Shown piece after piece: positions 9,835 to 19,750 of a stretch of 64,000 nucleotides of DNA; position 1 is the stretch's first letter; each line of letters starts with the position of its first letter. Source of the DNA: an uncultured Gammaproteobacteria bacterium (lineage in GTDB: Bacteria; Patescibacteriota; Microgenomatia; Levybacterales; GWA1-39-11). Below the pieces are notes generated by a model, which was not told the origin of the DNA, searched no databases, and saw only the letters and a program-made list of their open reading frames with translations. The position numbers and the translations under genes were made by a program. The DNA lies in assembly GCA_964394645.1 (NCBI GenBank), contig CAYMYC010000002.1:28105-92104 (forward strand), written 5' to 3'.

Positions 9835-10935
9835 CTACTCCTGAACGCGGACTGGCATAATAACGTGGAAAAAGTCCGGATCATCATCTGTTGTAAAAAG
9901 CGCAGGCTCAAATGGACTATTTATTTGAAGTGTTATTGTTTTTCCTTCTACGGCACGCAGAAAATCAAGTAAAAATTTGACGTTAAACGCAATGTGATTA
10001 TCATCTCCTACTTGTTCACCGTCAATTTTTGATTCTGCTTCTCCCAAACTTGAGGAGTCAACCTGTAGATGAAGTGCTCCTAGCGCAATGTTGCAGTTTA
10101 TAATGTTTGCGTTTTCTCGGGCAAAAACGGATGTTACCTTCAACAATCGTAATAATTCTTCCCTATCGAGTCTTATACTGGTCTTAAGCTCCTTCGGAAT
10201 AACTTTTTCATAATCAGGGTATTGCCCTTCAATCAGTCTCCCAACCAGCAGCGCTCCTCCTGATTCCAAAATCGCCTGGTTCCCTGTTTTATGAATATAT
10301 AAAAAAATGTTTTGCCCCTTAAGACTTAGACCTTCACTTATCAGTCTTTCCGAAACAATCATTCCCTCAGCCATCTGCGTAACGCCGGTGTCCTTTACTC
10401 TTTTTAGTGAAAGCCTATATCCATCAGTTGCAACATAATCAATGCTTCCTTCTTTTTTAACCACATAAATCCCCGTCAGGTGCGGGCGAGATTCGTCTTG
10501 GGACACTGCAAAAATGAGCTTGCTGAAGACGTTTTTAAATTGAGAGTAGGTATATTCCCCCACTTTATCCCCTTTTTCTTCATATAGTCTTGGGAACTCA
10601 TCACGAGGCAGTGCTTGAAACTTAAATGACCCGCTTCCCGCGGTTAAAACCACTTGATCCTTCTGCTGTTTTATCTTCGCCTTCTCATGTGTGAGAGAGG
10701 AAAGTATTTCAACAAACTGCCGACCTGGAACGAGTACTCCTCCGACCCCCTCTATCTTAGAGGGAATACTTATGCGCACACCAAACTCCAAGTCTGTTGC
10801 TGATAGTGCAAATTCCGATGTTGTAGTCTCCAGAAGAACACTGGATAATATGGGTATCTGTGAATGGGCTGGAACGATCTTTCCTAAAAGAGATAAATAC
10901 TCCGTTATGTTTTCAGTTAAAAAATCTACTTCCAT
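9835..10935 (-). CDS. dnaN: DNA polymerase III beta sliding clamp
   Basis: LSATDLE, VATDGYRLS, RLIEGQYPDY, C-terminal IMPVRV; follows dnaA. Confidence 0.97.
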   Translation of the reverse strand: MEVDFLTENITEYLSLLGKIVPAHSQIPILSSVLLETTTSEFALSATDLEFGVRISIPSKIEGVGGVLVPGRQFVEILSSLTHEKAKIKQQKDQVVLTAGSGSFKFQALPRDEFPRLYEEKGDKVGEYTYSQFKNVFSKLIFAVSQDESRPHLTGIYVVKKEGSIDYVATDGYRLSLKRVKDTGVTQMAEGMIVSERLISEGLSLKGQNIFLYIHKTGNQAILESGGALLVGRLIEGQYPDYEKVIPKELKTSIRLDREELLRLLKVTSVFARENANIINCNIALGALHLQVDSSSLGEAESKIDGEQVGDDNHIAFNVKFLLDFLRAVEGKTITLQINSPFEPALFTTDDDPDFFHVIMPVRVQE

Positions 10936-11113
10936 AATATGTTTTTAAATAGTAGTAGCAGTAGTATAGTAGGACAAGTGTAAAAAAGCAAACAGACGTG
11001 CGTAAGAAAATGTGGATAACTTATGGATTACTTTGTGCACAGAATGTTTATATCTTAGAAAAACGTTTTTTGTTATAGTTATCCCCCACCTTTTTCCCAT
11101 CCGACACCACCAC
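10936..11113. other. Replication origin oriC (dnaA-dnaN intergenic)
   Basis: Perfect DnaA box TGTGGATAA at 11011-11019, degenerate boxes near 11022, 11033 and 11079, TAG-trio array at 10950-10972 and an AT-rich stretch next to the dnaN start. Confidence 0.85.
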
Positions 11114-12436
11114 TTATCCCGCAAGTAGCTTTCTTAAATGCATTACTTCTTCTTTGAGGCGATCTTCGCGGGTCATTCCTTCCGCCATTTTATCCACACC
11201 GTGCATAACGGTTGTATGGTCCCGCCCGCCCAACAAATTTCCAATCTCTTTAAATGAAAGCCGCAAGTCTTGTTTTAATAGATACATGCAGATTTGTCTT
11301 GGTTTAACGAATATTGCGTCTCTTCGGTCTCCCTTGAGTTGAGTCGACTTAATATTGTAAAAGTTGCACACTGCGTCAACAACCGTGTCTGGATGGAGAA
11401 ATTTTTCTTTCTCCTGTTTTTCTCCTAGCAAGCGAAATACATCAGACCTTGTAATAGGTCCTGATTTTGCTATCTCTACGGTTGCGAGCTTTAATAAAAA
11501 CCCTTCAAGCGCCCGAGTGTTTTCTATTCTTTCGGCAATCATTTTTGCAAGCTCAGGGTCTAGTTCATTTCCTCTCTTCCTACTTTTAAGCATAAGGATT
11601 GCGGTTCTTAACTCAAAATCAGGGGGTTGTATGTCTACCGTTAGTCCCCCTTCAAACCGCGATGCAAGTCTGGCTTCTATTTTTTTTATTTCAGAAGGGG
11701 GTCTGTCTGAGGAGAAAACAATTTGTCCCCCCCCATCAATAAGTGCGTTAAAGGTGTGGAACAATTCTTCTTGGACCTTTTCTTTTCCCGCCAGAAATTG
11801 AATATCGTCAAGAAGCAGAAGATTTGTGTGTCTAAATTTTTTCCGAATATTTTGCGTTGACTTATTCATAATAGCCTCGACCACTTCATTTGTGAACTCT
11901 TCGGTTGTGAGGTATAAGATGTGTGCTTGTGGGTTTTTTTCAAGAACAGTGTTTGCTATAGCATGCATAAGATGCGTTTTTCCAACACCTACATCTCCGT
12001 AGATAAAGAGAGGGTTATATTTTTTCCCAGGGTTTTCAGCTACTGTCATTGATGCAGTGTAGGCAAGTTGGTTTGAGTCAGAAACAGCAAGGGATGAGAA
12101 TTGGTATTCTTTTTTTATCCTTGGGTTGACTACTCTTTCTAGCTCTGGTTGTCTGATTGTGAAAAGTGGACCCTCATCTTTTTTTATCAGGTTTTTAGCT
12201 TTCGTATATGTGAAGATAATACTTGTGCTTGCTCCTGCTCTTTTATCAAAAATAGATTTTATGAGAGGTAAGTATTTCTTTTCAAGTTGGTCAGCTATTA
12301 TGAAAGTGGGAACAGAAATTGTTGCGACATTGTTTTCAAACGAAACAAGCTCTGTATGTTTGAAGAATGTTAAAAACGTTCCTTTAGATACATCAATTTG
12401 TATTTCAGAAAGAATTTGTGTCCATAAGTCATCCAT
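11114..12436 (-). CDS. dnaA: Chromosomal replication initiator DnaA
   Basis: YNPLFIYGDVGVGKTHL, LLLDDIQF, QEELFHTFN, GGRDHTTVMH; likely start is ATG 12436. Confidence 0.98.
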   Translation of the reverse strand: MDDLWTQILSEIQIDVSKGTFLTFFKHTELVSFENNVATISVPTFIIADQLEKKYLPLIKSIFDKRAGASTSIIFTYTKAKNLIKKDEGPLFTIRQPELERVVNPRIKKEYQFSSLAVSDSNQLAYTASMTVAENPGKKYNPLFIYGDVGVGKTHLMHAIANTVLEKNPQAHILYLTTEEFTNEVVEAIMNKSTQNIRKKFRHTNLLLLDDIQFLAGKEKVQEELFHTFNALIDGGGQIVFSSDRPPSEIKKIEARLASRFEGGLTVDIQPPDFELRTAILMLKSRKRGNELDPELAKMIAERIENTRALEGFLLKLATVEIAKSGPITRSDVFRLLGEKQEKEKFLHPDTVVDAVCNFYNIKSTQLKGDRRDAIFVKPRQICMYLLKQDLRLSFKEIGNLLGGRDHTTVMHGVDKMAEGMTREDRLKEEVMHLRKLLAG

Positions 12437-12463
12437 ATTTATATAAGGCAACAAGAGTTAAAA

Positions 12464-12493
12464 GTATAGTTATGTGGATAACTTTCTGTCAAG
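12464..12493 (-). promoter_or_regulatory. dnaA sigma-70 promoter with a DnaA box in the spacer (probable autoregulation)
   Basis: Minus strand TTGACA-18 nt-TATACT; the spacer contains TTATCCACA (12473-12481). Confidence 0.7.
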
Positions 12494-12589
12494 GGTTAAT
12501 TTATGTTGATTTATGAATATAATGTAAGAGTTCTTCTTTTGCACAAAATCCTATTGACTCGGGATGGCATTTTTGGTTTACTAGTAACC

Positions 12590-13348
12590 ATGCCGGCACG
12601 CAAGAAAACATCCAAAGAGAAACTTTCAAAAAAGCTTCCCCGTAAATTTACTCAGCAGCAAATTCTTTACGCGCTTCTTTTAGTTGCTACATTTTTAGTG
12701 GGTTATCTTTTTGCGACAGTACAGGCATTAAAAGATGCTCCTCAGAAAACAGCAGCAGTTGAGACTCAACAGCCTGGCGCTCAACCGACAACTGATCCAA
12801 ATAAGAAATTTGATGTAGCGGTTGGTCACTTTCCAATTTTGGGAGATGAGAAGGCAAAAGTGACAATTGTTGCATTCGCAGACTTCAGATGTCCTTTCTG
12901 TGAGCGCTTCTTTACCGAAGTAGAGCCTCAAATAATGAAAGACTATGTTGATACGGGAAAAGTAAAATTTGCCTTTCGCCATTATGCATTCTTAGGCTCC
13001 GCATCTACAATTGCGTCTCATGCTGTAGAATGTGCAAATGAACAAGGTAAATTTTGGGATATGTATAAATACCTCTACGAGAATCAACCCCCAGAAACAG
13101 ATACTACTATGTATAATTCTGATACACTGTCTCAAGCAGCCGGTAATTTGGGGATGAATGCTGAGCAATTCAAGGGCTGCATAGACACCGCAAAGTATCA
13201 GAAGAATATAGAAGAGGATATGGCGGATGGTCAAAAAGCCGAAGTGTCTGCTACCCCAACATTTTTTGTTAATGGAAAGATGATTTTGGGAGCACAACCT
13301 TACGAGAATTTTAAGACTGCTATTGAGGAAGCACTAGCAGGAAAGTAG
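12590..13348 (+). CDS. Membrane-anchored DsbA/BdbD-family thioredoxin-fold oxidoreductase
   Basis: FADFRCPFC CxxC motif, VSATPTFFVNG cis-Pro loop, N-terminal TM. Confidence 0.9.
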   Translation: MPARKKTSKEKLSKKLPRKFTQQQILYALLLVATFLVGYLFATVQALKDAPQKTAAVETQQPGAQPTTDPNKKFDVAVGHFPILGDEKAKVTIVAFADFRCPFCERFFTEVEPQIMKDYVDTGKVKFAFRHYAFLGSASTIASHAVECANEQGKFWDMYKYLYENQPPETDTTMYNSDTLSQAAGNLGMNAEQFKGCIDTAKYQKNIEEDMADGQKAEVSATPTFFVNGKMILGAQPYENFKTAIEEALAGK

Positions 13349-13360
13349 TTTTTCTATTCC

Positions 13361-14203
13361 TCAACTCTGGCAGTTCTCACATAAAAACGTTCCCCTTCCA
13401 GCGATTGTAATTCTTTTAATGACCGCTTTACACATGGGACATTTTTCTCCAGTTTTTCCATACACGAGCGTATGTCTTTGGTAGTTTCCCTCCTGTCCAA
13501 GTGCGTTTACAAAAGAAAGCTCTGATGCGCCTCCCTCCTTAAAGCTTTTTTCCATGACTGAAATAATGGCCCTATAAAGAGTTGTTGTTTCAGTTGAAGT
13601 TAGACTCTTTGCCTGTCTTTTTGGGTTAATTTTGGCTTTGAAAAGTGCATCATTTGCATAAATGTTGCCTATCCCTCCTATTTTTGTTTGATCCATGAGG
13701 AGGGGTTTAATTTTGGTTGTTTTGTTTTTTAAAATATTCTCAAAGCGTGCAAGAGTGAGATCTTTAAACGGTTCGGGACCCATATTTTTAAAAAATGAAA
13801 GCTCCATGATGTCTTCCGTTTTTAAAATTTTAATCCACCCGAATCGTCTTTGGTCGTTATAGTACAGTTTTGCTTGTCTATCCAGATCAAAAATTATATG
13901 CGTGAACTTATTTGGAACTGTTCCTACTTTATATTTTGATATTGGCATATTGTGTGTTTCTATCCCTTGGTAGATAAGCTGTCCTGTGAGTTTGATGTGA
14001 ATTGCAAGCGAATAATTATTTGAAAGATCAATTATTAGTCCCTTTCCTATTCTCCGAACCGTTATAACTTTTTGTTTCAGTATTGCTTTTGTATCCCCAA
14101 AGAGAACGCCAGAATGCAAAATTTCAACATTATTTATTGTATGTCCTACTAGATACTTCTCTAGTCCTCGTCTTATGGTTTCAACTTCTGGAAGCTCTGG
14201 CAT
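13361..14203 (-). CDS. mutM: Formamidopyrimidine-DNA glycosylase
   Basis: N-terminal MPELPEVE, GIGNIYANDALF, C-terminal CPMC...CENCQ zinc finger. Confidence 0.96.
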   Translation of the reverse strand: MPELPEVETIRRGLEKYLVGHTINNVEILHSGVLFGDTKAILKQKVITVRRIGKGLIIDLSNNYSLAIHIKLTGQLIYQGIETHNMPISKYKVGTVPNKFTHIIFDLDRQAKLYYNDQRRFGWIKILKTEDIMELSFFKNMGPEPFKDLTLARFENILKNKTTKIKPLLMDQTKIGGIGNIYANDALFKAKINPKRQAKSLTSTETTTLYRAIISVMEKSFKEGGASELSFVNALGQEGNYQRHTLVYGKTGEKCPMCKAVIKRITIAGRGTFLCENCQS

Positions 14204-14218
14204 GGTATATATTAAGAT

Positions 14219-15352
14219 TCAAGAATGAACAGCTTTTTGAATAAGTGTTTTTATTTTTGAATCAAAAATTGAAGGCATGAATTTCTTTGCTTGAGTTATG
14301 CAAGAACTGGCGCTTATGTTGATCTTTTCAAATTTCAATAAAGCAGAGTTTAAGGCATCAGGCGTGTTTGATTCATAGAACACTCCAGTTTTTCGATCAA
14401 TAACGGTTTCCTGCACCCCCCCGGACCTATATGCTATAACTGGTGTTCCCTGTCCCATTGCCTCAACAGGCGTGATTCCGAAATCCTCATCAAAAGAAGC
14501 AAATATAAACGCCCGGGCATTTTTCATAAGATTTAATTTTTCCTCGTCCGTTACTTCTCCTACAAACTCTATGTTGAGCGTTCCACCCTCCGTCCGCGCA
14601 CTGTTTAGTAATTCTTCCTCAAAGCCCGCAAACCCTTTCCCAAATATCTTAAGAGGCTTTTTGTTTTTTAGAAAAGCTTTAATGATGATATCAGTACCTT
14701 TGGCGCGCGCTAGTCTTCCTCCGGTAAGATAGTAGTCTTTTTTAGCCTGCTTTTTTTGGGGTTTTAGTGTTGTGCTAAGTGGAGTTGCTACTGGCGGGTA
14801 GACAACAATTGCGTCTTTTCTGTAAAACTTTTTAATGCGTGACGCCACTTCTTGCGAGTTTGCTATAAATTGGTCGACATTTTTTGATGAGTTGAAATCA
14901 AATATTCGTAGAAAATGATTTAGAACACTTCCTACGATGAGTTTAAATCTATTGTTTCTCCAATTCCTGGCTGTCATATAGCCATATAAATATCTGGGTG
15001 GCGTATGTGTATAGCAGATAATTTTCGCATTACCTTTTTGGACTAAATTTGGAAAATAGGCGCCTGTTTGGGAGACAAGTATGACATCATAAGATGAAAG
15101 GTTCATTCCCATAAAAACAAAGGGTGCGAGTAGACGAAACGGTGAGATTAATTTTTCTTTAAAAGGAAAGTATTGAAGGACAGACGTATGAATTTTATAG
15201 CTTTTAAAGCGGTTTTTATGTGGACCTAAATATTTAGGCAAGTAGACTGAAGTATAGATTTCAGCGCTTGGAAAAATGTTTAAAAACTCCTCTAATACCC
15301 GCTCTGCTCCACCGAATTCTTTTATGTAGTCATGAACAATTGCGATCTTCAT
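14219..15352 (-). CDS. GT4-family glycosyltransferase
   Basis: MKIAIVHDY...GGAERVL; EDFGITPVEAM (ExFG..E motif). Confidence 0.9.
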   Translation of the reverse strand: MKIAIVHDYIKEFGGAERVLEEFLNIFPSAEIYTSVYLPKYLGPHKNRFKSYKIHTSVLQYFPFKEKLISPFRLLAPFVFMGMNLSSYDVILVSQTGAYFPNLVQKGNAKIICYTHTPPRYLYGYMTARNWRNNRFKLIVGSVLNHFLRIFDFNSSKNVDQFIANSQEVASRIKKFYRKDAIVVYPPVATPLSTTLKPQKKQAKKDYYLTGGRLARAKGTDIIIKAFLKNKKPLKIFGKGFAGFEEELLNSARTEGGTLNIEFVGEVTDEEKLNLMKNARAFIFASFDEDFGITPVEAMGQGTPVIAYRSGGVQETVIDRKTGVFYESNTPDALNSALLKFEKINISASSCITQAKKFMPSIFDSKIKTLIQKAVHS

Positions 15353-15372
15353 TAATAAATATGCTTAAGTAT

Positions 15373-16344
15373 CTATATTAATTTCATTTGAGAGTTATTA
15401 TTTTTTTCATTTCTTCCTTTGCTTTTTTTAGATCCTGAGTCTGTCGAATCTATCCCAAAAGCCTCGTTTAATCTTTTTGGAAGAGTTTTGAAGCTATAAG
15501 ATTCAAATGCTTTTCGCCAATCTTCAAGGGAGATATTCTCTGCCCTACAATCGTTATAATTATACTCAAATGGTACATTTTTAAGAATAGTTGCTAGCTG
15601 ATGTGCGAGAATTGCATGATTGTGACCTGCTGTTAACTTATCGGCAAGCTTTGGGTTTTTGGTTCTGATAGCCTCTAGATTTTTATATATGTTTTCAACG
15701 CTTTTATATGATTGAATGAGTCCTGCTGCAGTTTTAGGTCCAACTCCTGAAACTCCGGGGTAATTATCTGACGCATCTCCCTGAAGTGCTTTTAATTCTA
15801 CGATTTGAGTAGGAAGTACCCCAAATTGTTCCACGACGCGATCTTCGTCAAAGAGTTTCATTTCTGAAATTCCCTTAATAGGTACAAGTACTTTTGTTCT
15901 CTTGTCTACTAATTGCATCATGTCTCTGTCTCCTGTCACAATATACGAGATATCTCCTGCCTGTTCTGCCTTGTCTGCTAATGTTCCAATAATATCATCC
16001 GCTTCAAATCCATCCATGAAATACACGGGTATGCGCGCAATTGTTAGAATATTCTGGATTATTTCAAATTGTGGTGAAAGATCAGATTCCATGCTAGGGC
16101 GTTGAGATTGATACTCTTTATAGAGTTCCTTTCTAAAGTTTGGTTTTGGTCTATCAAAGGCGACTGCTACGTGTGACGGATGCAATTCTTGCATAAGCTT
16201 TAAAAGCATTGAGAAGAATCCGTGAACTGCTCCTGTGGGTATTCCATCAGGCGTGGTAAGAGAAGGCATTGCGTGATAAGCACGATGTACGATAGCGGAA
16301 CCATCAATTACAAGGAAAATATTTTTTTTAAGATCTTTTTCCAT
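15373..16344 (-). CDS. Standalone 5'-3' exonuclease (PolA N-terminal domain only)
   Basis: IDGSAIVHRAYHA, FEADDIIGTL, TGDRD, GDASDNYPGVSGVGPKTA; stops at 323 aa with no polymerase domain. Confidence 0.9.
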   Translation of the reverse strand: MEKDLKKNIFLVIDGSAIVHRAYHAMPSLTTPDGIPTGAVHGFFSMLLKLMQELHPSHVAVAFDRPKPNFRKELYKEYQSQRPSMESDLSPQFEIIQNILTIARIPVYFMDGFEADDIIGTLADKAEQAGDISYIVTGDRDMMQLVDKRTKVLVPIKGISEMKLFDEDRVVEQFGVLPTQIVELKALQGDASDNYPGVSGVGPKTAAGLIQSYKSVENIYKNLEAIRTKNPKLADKLTAGHNHAILAHQLATILKNVPFEYNYNDCRAENISLEDWRKAFESYSFKTLPKRLNEAFGIDSTDSGSKKSKGRNEKNNNSQMKLI

Positions 16345-16391
16345 GTGGAATTATTCTAGTGTGATTTTTAAAAACATGCAAGACAGAATAA

Positions 16392-18278
16392 TTATTTTTT
16401 AGCCTTTGATATAGTCTTTTTTTTGGAGGGTGCGGGATTTTTTGCGGACATAATTTTTATAAACTCTTCTCCCTCAAGTGTTTCCTTTGTGAGGAGTGTT
16501 TTTGCTACTTCATCTAGTTTTTTCCTATTTTCCTTGAGAACCTTTAACGCTTTAGCATGAGCATCTGAAATTATTTTCGCAACCTCCCTATCAATTTTTC
16601 TTTGCATCTCCTCTGAGATTCCATAGTCTTCTCCATATGCGCGTGAACGTTCCCTGTCAAAGTTAATAGGTCCTAGCGCACTCATTCCATAATCTACCAC
16701 CATGGTACGTGCTAGCATTGATGCCTTTTCAATGTCATCAGATGCTCCTGTTGTGATCTCTCCGAATACAACTTCCTCTGCGGTTCTTCCTCCAAGCATG
16801 GTTGCGGCTTGCGCCAACAATCTGGATTTCGTTTCATGTACGCGATCCTGCATGGGCGGGATCATAGTGTGTCCTAGTGACAATCCGCGACCGACAATGG
16901 ATATTTTATGAACCGGGTCCATGTGCGGCATGGAGAATGAGACAATTGCATGACCGCCTTCATGGTATGCAGTGATTCTTCTGTCTTCATCTGACTGTAG
17001 CCGTTTTTTCTCTGGACCAAGTTTTACTTTAGTTGCTGCTTCCTCAAGATCATGCTCATCAATTATCTTTTTATTTAATCTAGCCGTAAGAATTGCTGCT
17101 TCGTTTAACATATTCTCAAGATCTGCTCCTGAGAATCCAACTGTTCGACGTGCTATTTTTTCCCAATCAACATTTTTTTCAAACGGTTTACCCTTCGCGT
17201 GAATAGATAAAATCTCTTTTCTTCCGACAATATCAGGTAGCGGAAGAACTACGCGTCTATCAAATCGTCCTGGACGAACAAGTGCAGGATCCAATACGTC
17301 TGATCTGTTTGTGGCTGCCATGACAACAAGTTGTTCATTTGGGGTAAATCCATCCATCTCTACTAATATTTGGTTTAATGTTTGCTCTCTCTCATCATGT
17401 CCTCCCATAATACCTGCTCCCCGCTGTCTTCCTATTGCGTCTATTTCATCTATAAAAATAATTGCGGGTTGAGACTTTTTGGCTGTCGCAAAAAGATCCC
17501 TGGCGCGCGCGGCTCCTACTCCCACAAGCATTTCCATAAATTCAGATCCTGCAATTGAAAAAAATGCAACCTGAGCTTCTCCCGCGACTGCGCGCGCTAA
17601 AAGTGTTTTTCCGGTTCCGGAAGGACCCACCAGAAGTACGCCTTTTGGTGCGCGAGCGCCAACAGCTTTATATTTTTCTGGATGCTTTAAAAAGTCAACA
17701 ATTTCTGACAGCTCTTGTTTTGCCTCATCTGCTCCTGCTACCTGATCAAATGTAACTTTAGGAAAGTCCTTGTTAAACGCTTTTGCTTTGCTTGAGCCGA
17801 AAGAGAAGATATTTTCTTGTGCTCCACGAGCCTGTCTGAAGATAAAGTAAAAAAACGCAATCATTAAAACTATAGGAAGTACACCTGATAGAATATTTAC
17901 CCATAAAGATACAGAGCTGCTGTCTTTTATGGTTATGTTAACGCTTTCAGGGTTAATGTTTGAGTTTTTTAACACCTCATATATAGAAGCTGAACTTTCT
18001 TTGTCTGCTTGAGCCTTGCGACCGTCTTTATAGATAATATCGAGTTTATTTGTGCTGACAGATATAGTAGATACTTCTTTTGCCCTAATATCTTTAAGAG
18101 CCCGAGTGAGCGAGATGCTCTTAGATTCTTGTCTTGCTGCAAAATCTCCAATTCCAATACTAATAAATATGAAAAACAAAAAAACAAATGAGTACAAGAT
18201 TATATCTTTCCAGGACAACCGTAGGGAGAACCTCCTTTTTTTGCCCTGTTTTTTATTAGATGCTGAGATTTGTTTCAT
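16392..18278 (-). CDS. ftsH: ATP-dependent zinc metalloprotease FtsH
   Basis: Two TM helices, GPSGTGKT, FIDEID, RPGRFDR, HEGGH. Confidence 0.97.
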   Translation of the reverse strand: MKQISASNKKQGKKRRFSLRLSWKDIILYSFVFLFFIFISIGIGDFAARQESKSISLTRALKDIRAKEVSTISVSTNKLDIIYKDGRKAQADKESSASIYEVLKNSNINPESVNITIKDSSSVSLWVNILSGVLPIVLMIAFFYFIFRQARGAQENIFSFGSSKAKAFNKDFPKVTFDQVAGADEAKQELSEIVDFLKHPEKYKAVGARAPKGVLLVGPSGTGKTLLARAVAGEAQVAFFSIAGSEFMEMLVGVGAARARDLFATAKKSQPAIIFIDEIDAIGRQRGAGIMGGHDEREQTLNQILVEMDGFTPNEQLVVMAATNRSDVLDPALVRPGRFDRRVVLPLPDIVGRKEILSIHAKGKPFEKNVDWEKIARRTVGFSGADLENMLNEAAILTARLNKKIIDEHDLEEAATKVKLGPEKKRLQSDEDRRITAYHEGGHAIVSFSMPHMDPVHKISIVGRGLSLGHTMIPPMQDRVHETKSRLLAQAATMLGGRTAEEVVFGEITTGASDDIEKASMLARTMVVDYGMSALGPINFDRERSRAYGEDYGISEEMQRKIDREVAKIISDAHAKALKVLKENRKKLDEVAKTLLTKETLEGEEFIKIMSAKNPAPSKKKTISKAKK

Positions 18279-18348
18279 GTCGTGTAGAATAACGAATTAT
18301 ATCACAATTCTGCCTCAGTTTGTATGAACTTGTGATAATAGTTGAAAA

Positions 18349-18585
18349 TTACGAAAGTGGTTGATACCCTTTTCCTCCAAGGGGATTACAGGAGGCAATT
18401 CTTCTAAGTCCAATAAGAAGTCCCTTTAACGATCCATATTTTTCAATAGCCTGATATGTGTAGTCAGAACATGTAGGTGTGTATCTACAGGAGGAATAAA
18501 CGGGAAAGATTGTTCCTAGGATATTTGCACGGTAAGGCGCACTTTTCTGATAGATGAGAATAAGTTTTAAGAATACAGACTTCAT
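18349..18585 (-). CDS. yidD: Membrane protein insertion efficiency factor
   Basis: CRYTPTCSDY...AIEKYG...RRIASCNP. Confidence 0.92.
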   Translation of the reverse strand: MKSVFLKLILIYQKSAPYRANILGTIFPVYSSCRYTPTCSDYTYQAIEKYGSLKGLLIGLRRIASCNPLGGKGYQPLS

Positions 18586-18604
18586 AGACAAGAAAGTTTT
18601 TAAA

Positions 18605-19627
18605 TTAGAGGAGACCCATTTTTTCTTTTACTTCCCGTACAGTTTTATCCGCGTGCGTGCGAGCGTTTTCATTTCCCTGTTTAATAATTTGATCGACATA
18701 CTCAGGGTTTGCCTCAAGCTCTAGTCTTTTTCCCTGAAAGCCTGTCAGTTCCGCAAAGATAAGCTCTGATAATTCTTTTTTAATTTCTCCGTACCTAATG
18801 CCGGAGGTCTCGTATTGGGCTTCAAATTCCCGTCTTTTGTCTCCACCCATAAATAAATGCACAAAACTCATGAGTGCTCCTGTCCCGGGAGATGGTGTTC
18901 CCGCGTCACTCGTATAAATAGTATCTTTTCCCGCAGGATGCACAGTTCCTTTCCCTGAGTCAGTAGGGATTTTTGCAATTTTTGCTTTAATAATCTCCAG
19001 ATTGTCGCTCAGGTTAATATAGGATCCCTCAATAGATTTGCTCATCTTGCCCGCTCCCAACAATGAGGGTACATATTCTCCTTTGGTTGCAAAACGTTTT
19101 GGTTCCGGAAAGGATGTTTTATAGTCCTGGTTCATGCGGCGGGCAATTTCCCGTGCTATTTCCAAATGCGGTTCCTGGTCTATTCCAACAGGGACAAGTT
19201 CTGCTTTATAGGCTAAAATATCAGCAGCCATAAGGGCGGGATAATTTAAGAGTGCTAGCGTTGCGTGTTCAGGATACTGTTTTACCTTTTCCTTAAAGGT
19301 TGGAAGATGTTGCATTTTAGCAATAGTCGTAACGCTTTCAAGCAAAAACGCAAGTTCAGCGTGTTGGGGTACTTCAGACTGTTGGAAGATAACAGATTTT
19401 TCAGGATCAAGTCCTGCTGCCAGATAGTCCAATATTATTTCGCGTCTGTTTTGTCTTAACTCATCTGTGTTATACGGGGTTGTAATGGTATGAAGATCCG
19501 CAACCATATAAAATGTTTCATAGGTAGGATCGTCTTGTAGGGCTAACATGCCCTTTACTGCACCCAAATAATTTCCTAGGTGGAGTTTTCCTGTTGCTCT
19601 AATTCCTGACAGTACTCTTTTTTTCAT
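18605..19627 (-). CDS. trpS: Tryptophan--tRNA ligase
   Basis: SGIRATGKLHLGNYLGA, YPALMAADIL, VPVGIDQ, KMSKS; likely start is ATG 19627. Confidence 0.96.
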   Translation of the reverse strand: MKKRVLSGIRATGKLHLGNYLGAVKGMLALQDDPTYETFYMVADLHTITTPYNTDELRQNRREIILDYLAAGLDPEKSVIFQQSEVPQHAELAFLLESVTTIAKMQHLPTFKEKVKQYPEHATLALLNYPALMAADILAYKAELVPVGIDQEPHLEIAREIARRMNQDYKTSFPEPKRFATKGEYVPSLLGAGKMSKSIEGSYINLSDNLEIIKAKIAKIPTDSGKGTVHPAGKDTIYTSDAGTPSPGTGALMSFVHLFMGGDKRREFEAQYETSGIRYGEIKKELSELIFAELTGFQGKRLELEANPEYVDQIIKQGNENARTHADKTVREVKEKMGLL

Positions 19628-19750
19628 TTTTCTTTTAAAATACCTCAAAAGATAGGTAAGTAATTCCCTTTTTGACGGTAAATACCGTTAAGAGCGGTTT
19701 AGATCCGAACTCTGCCCCAAGAATTAACAGCATAGTGTATTGTACCAAAT

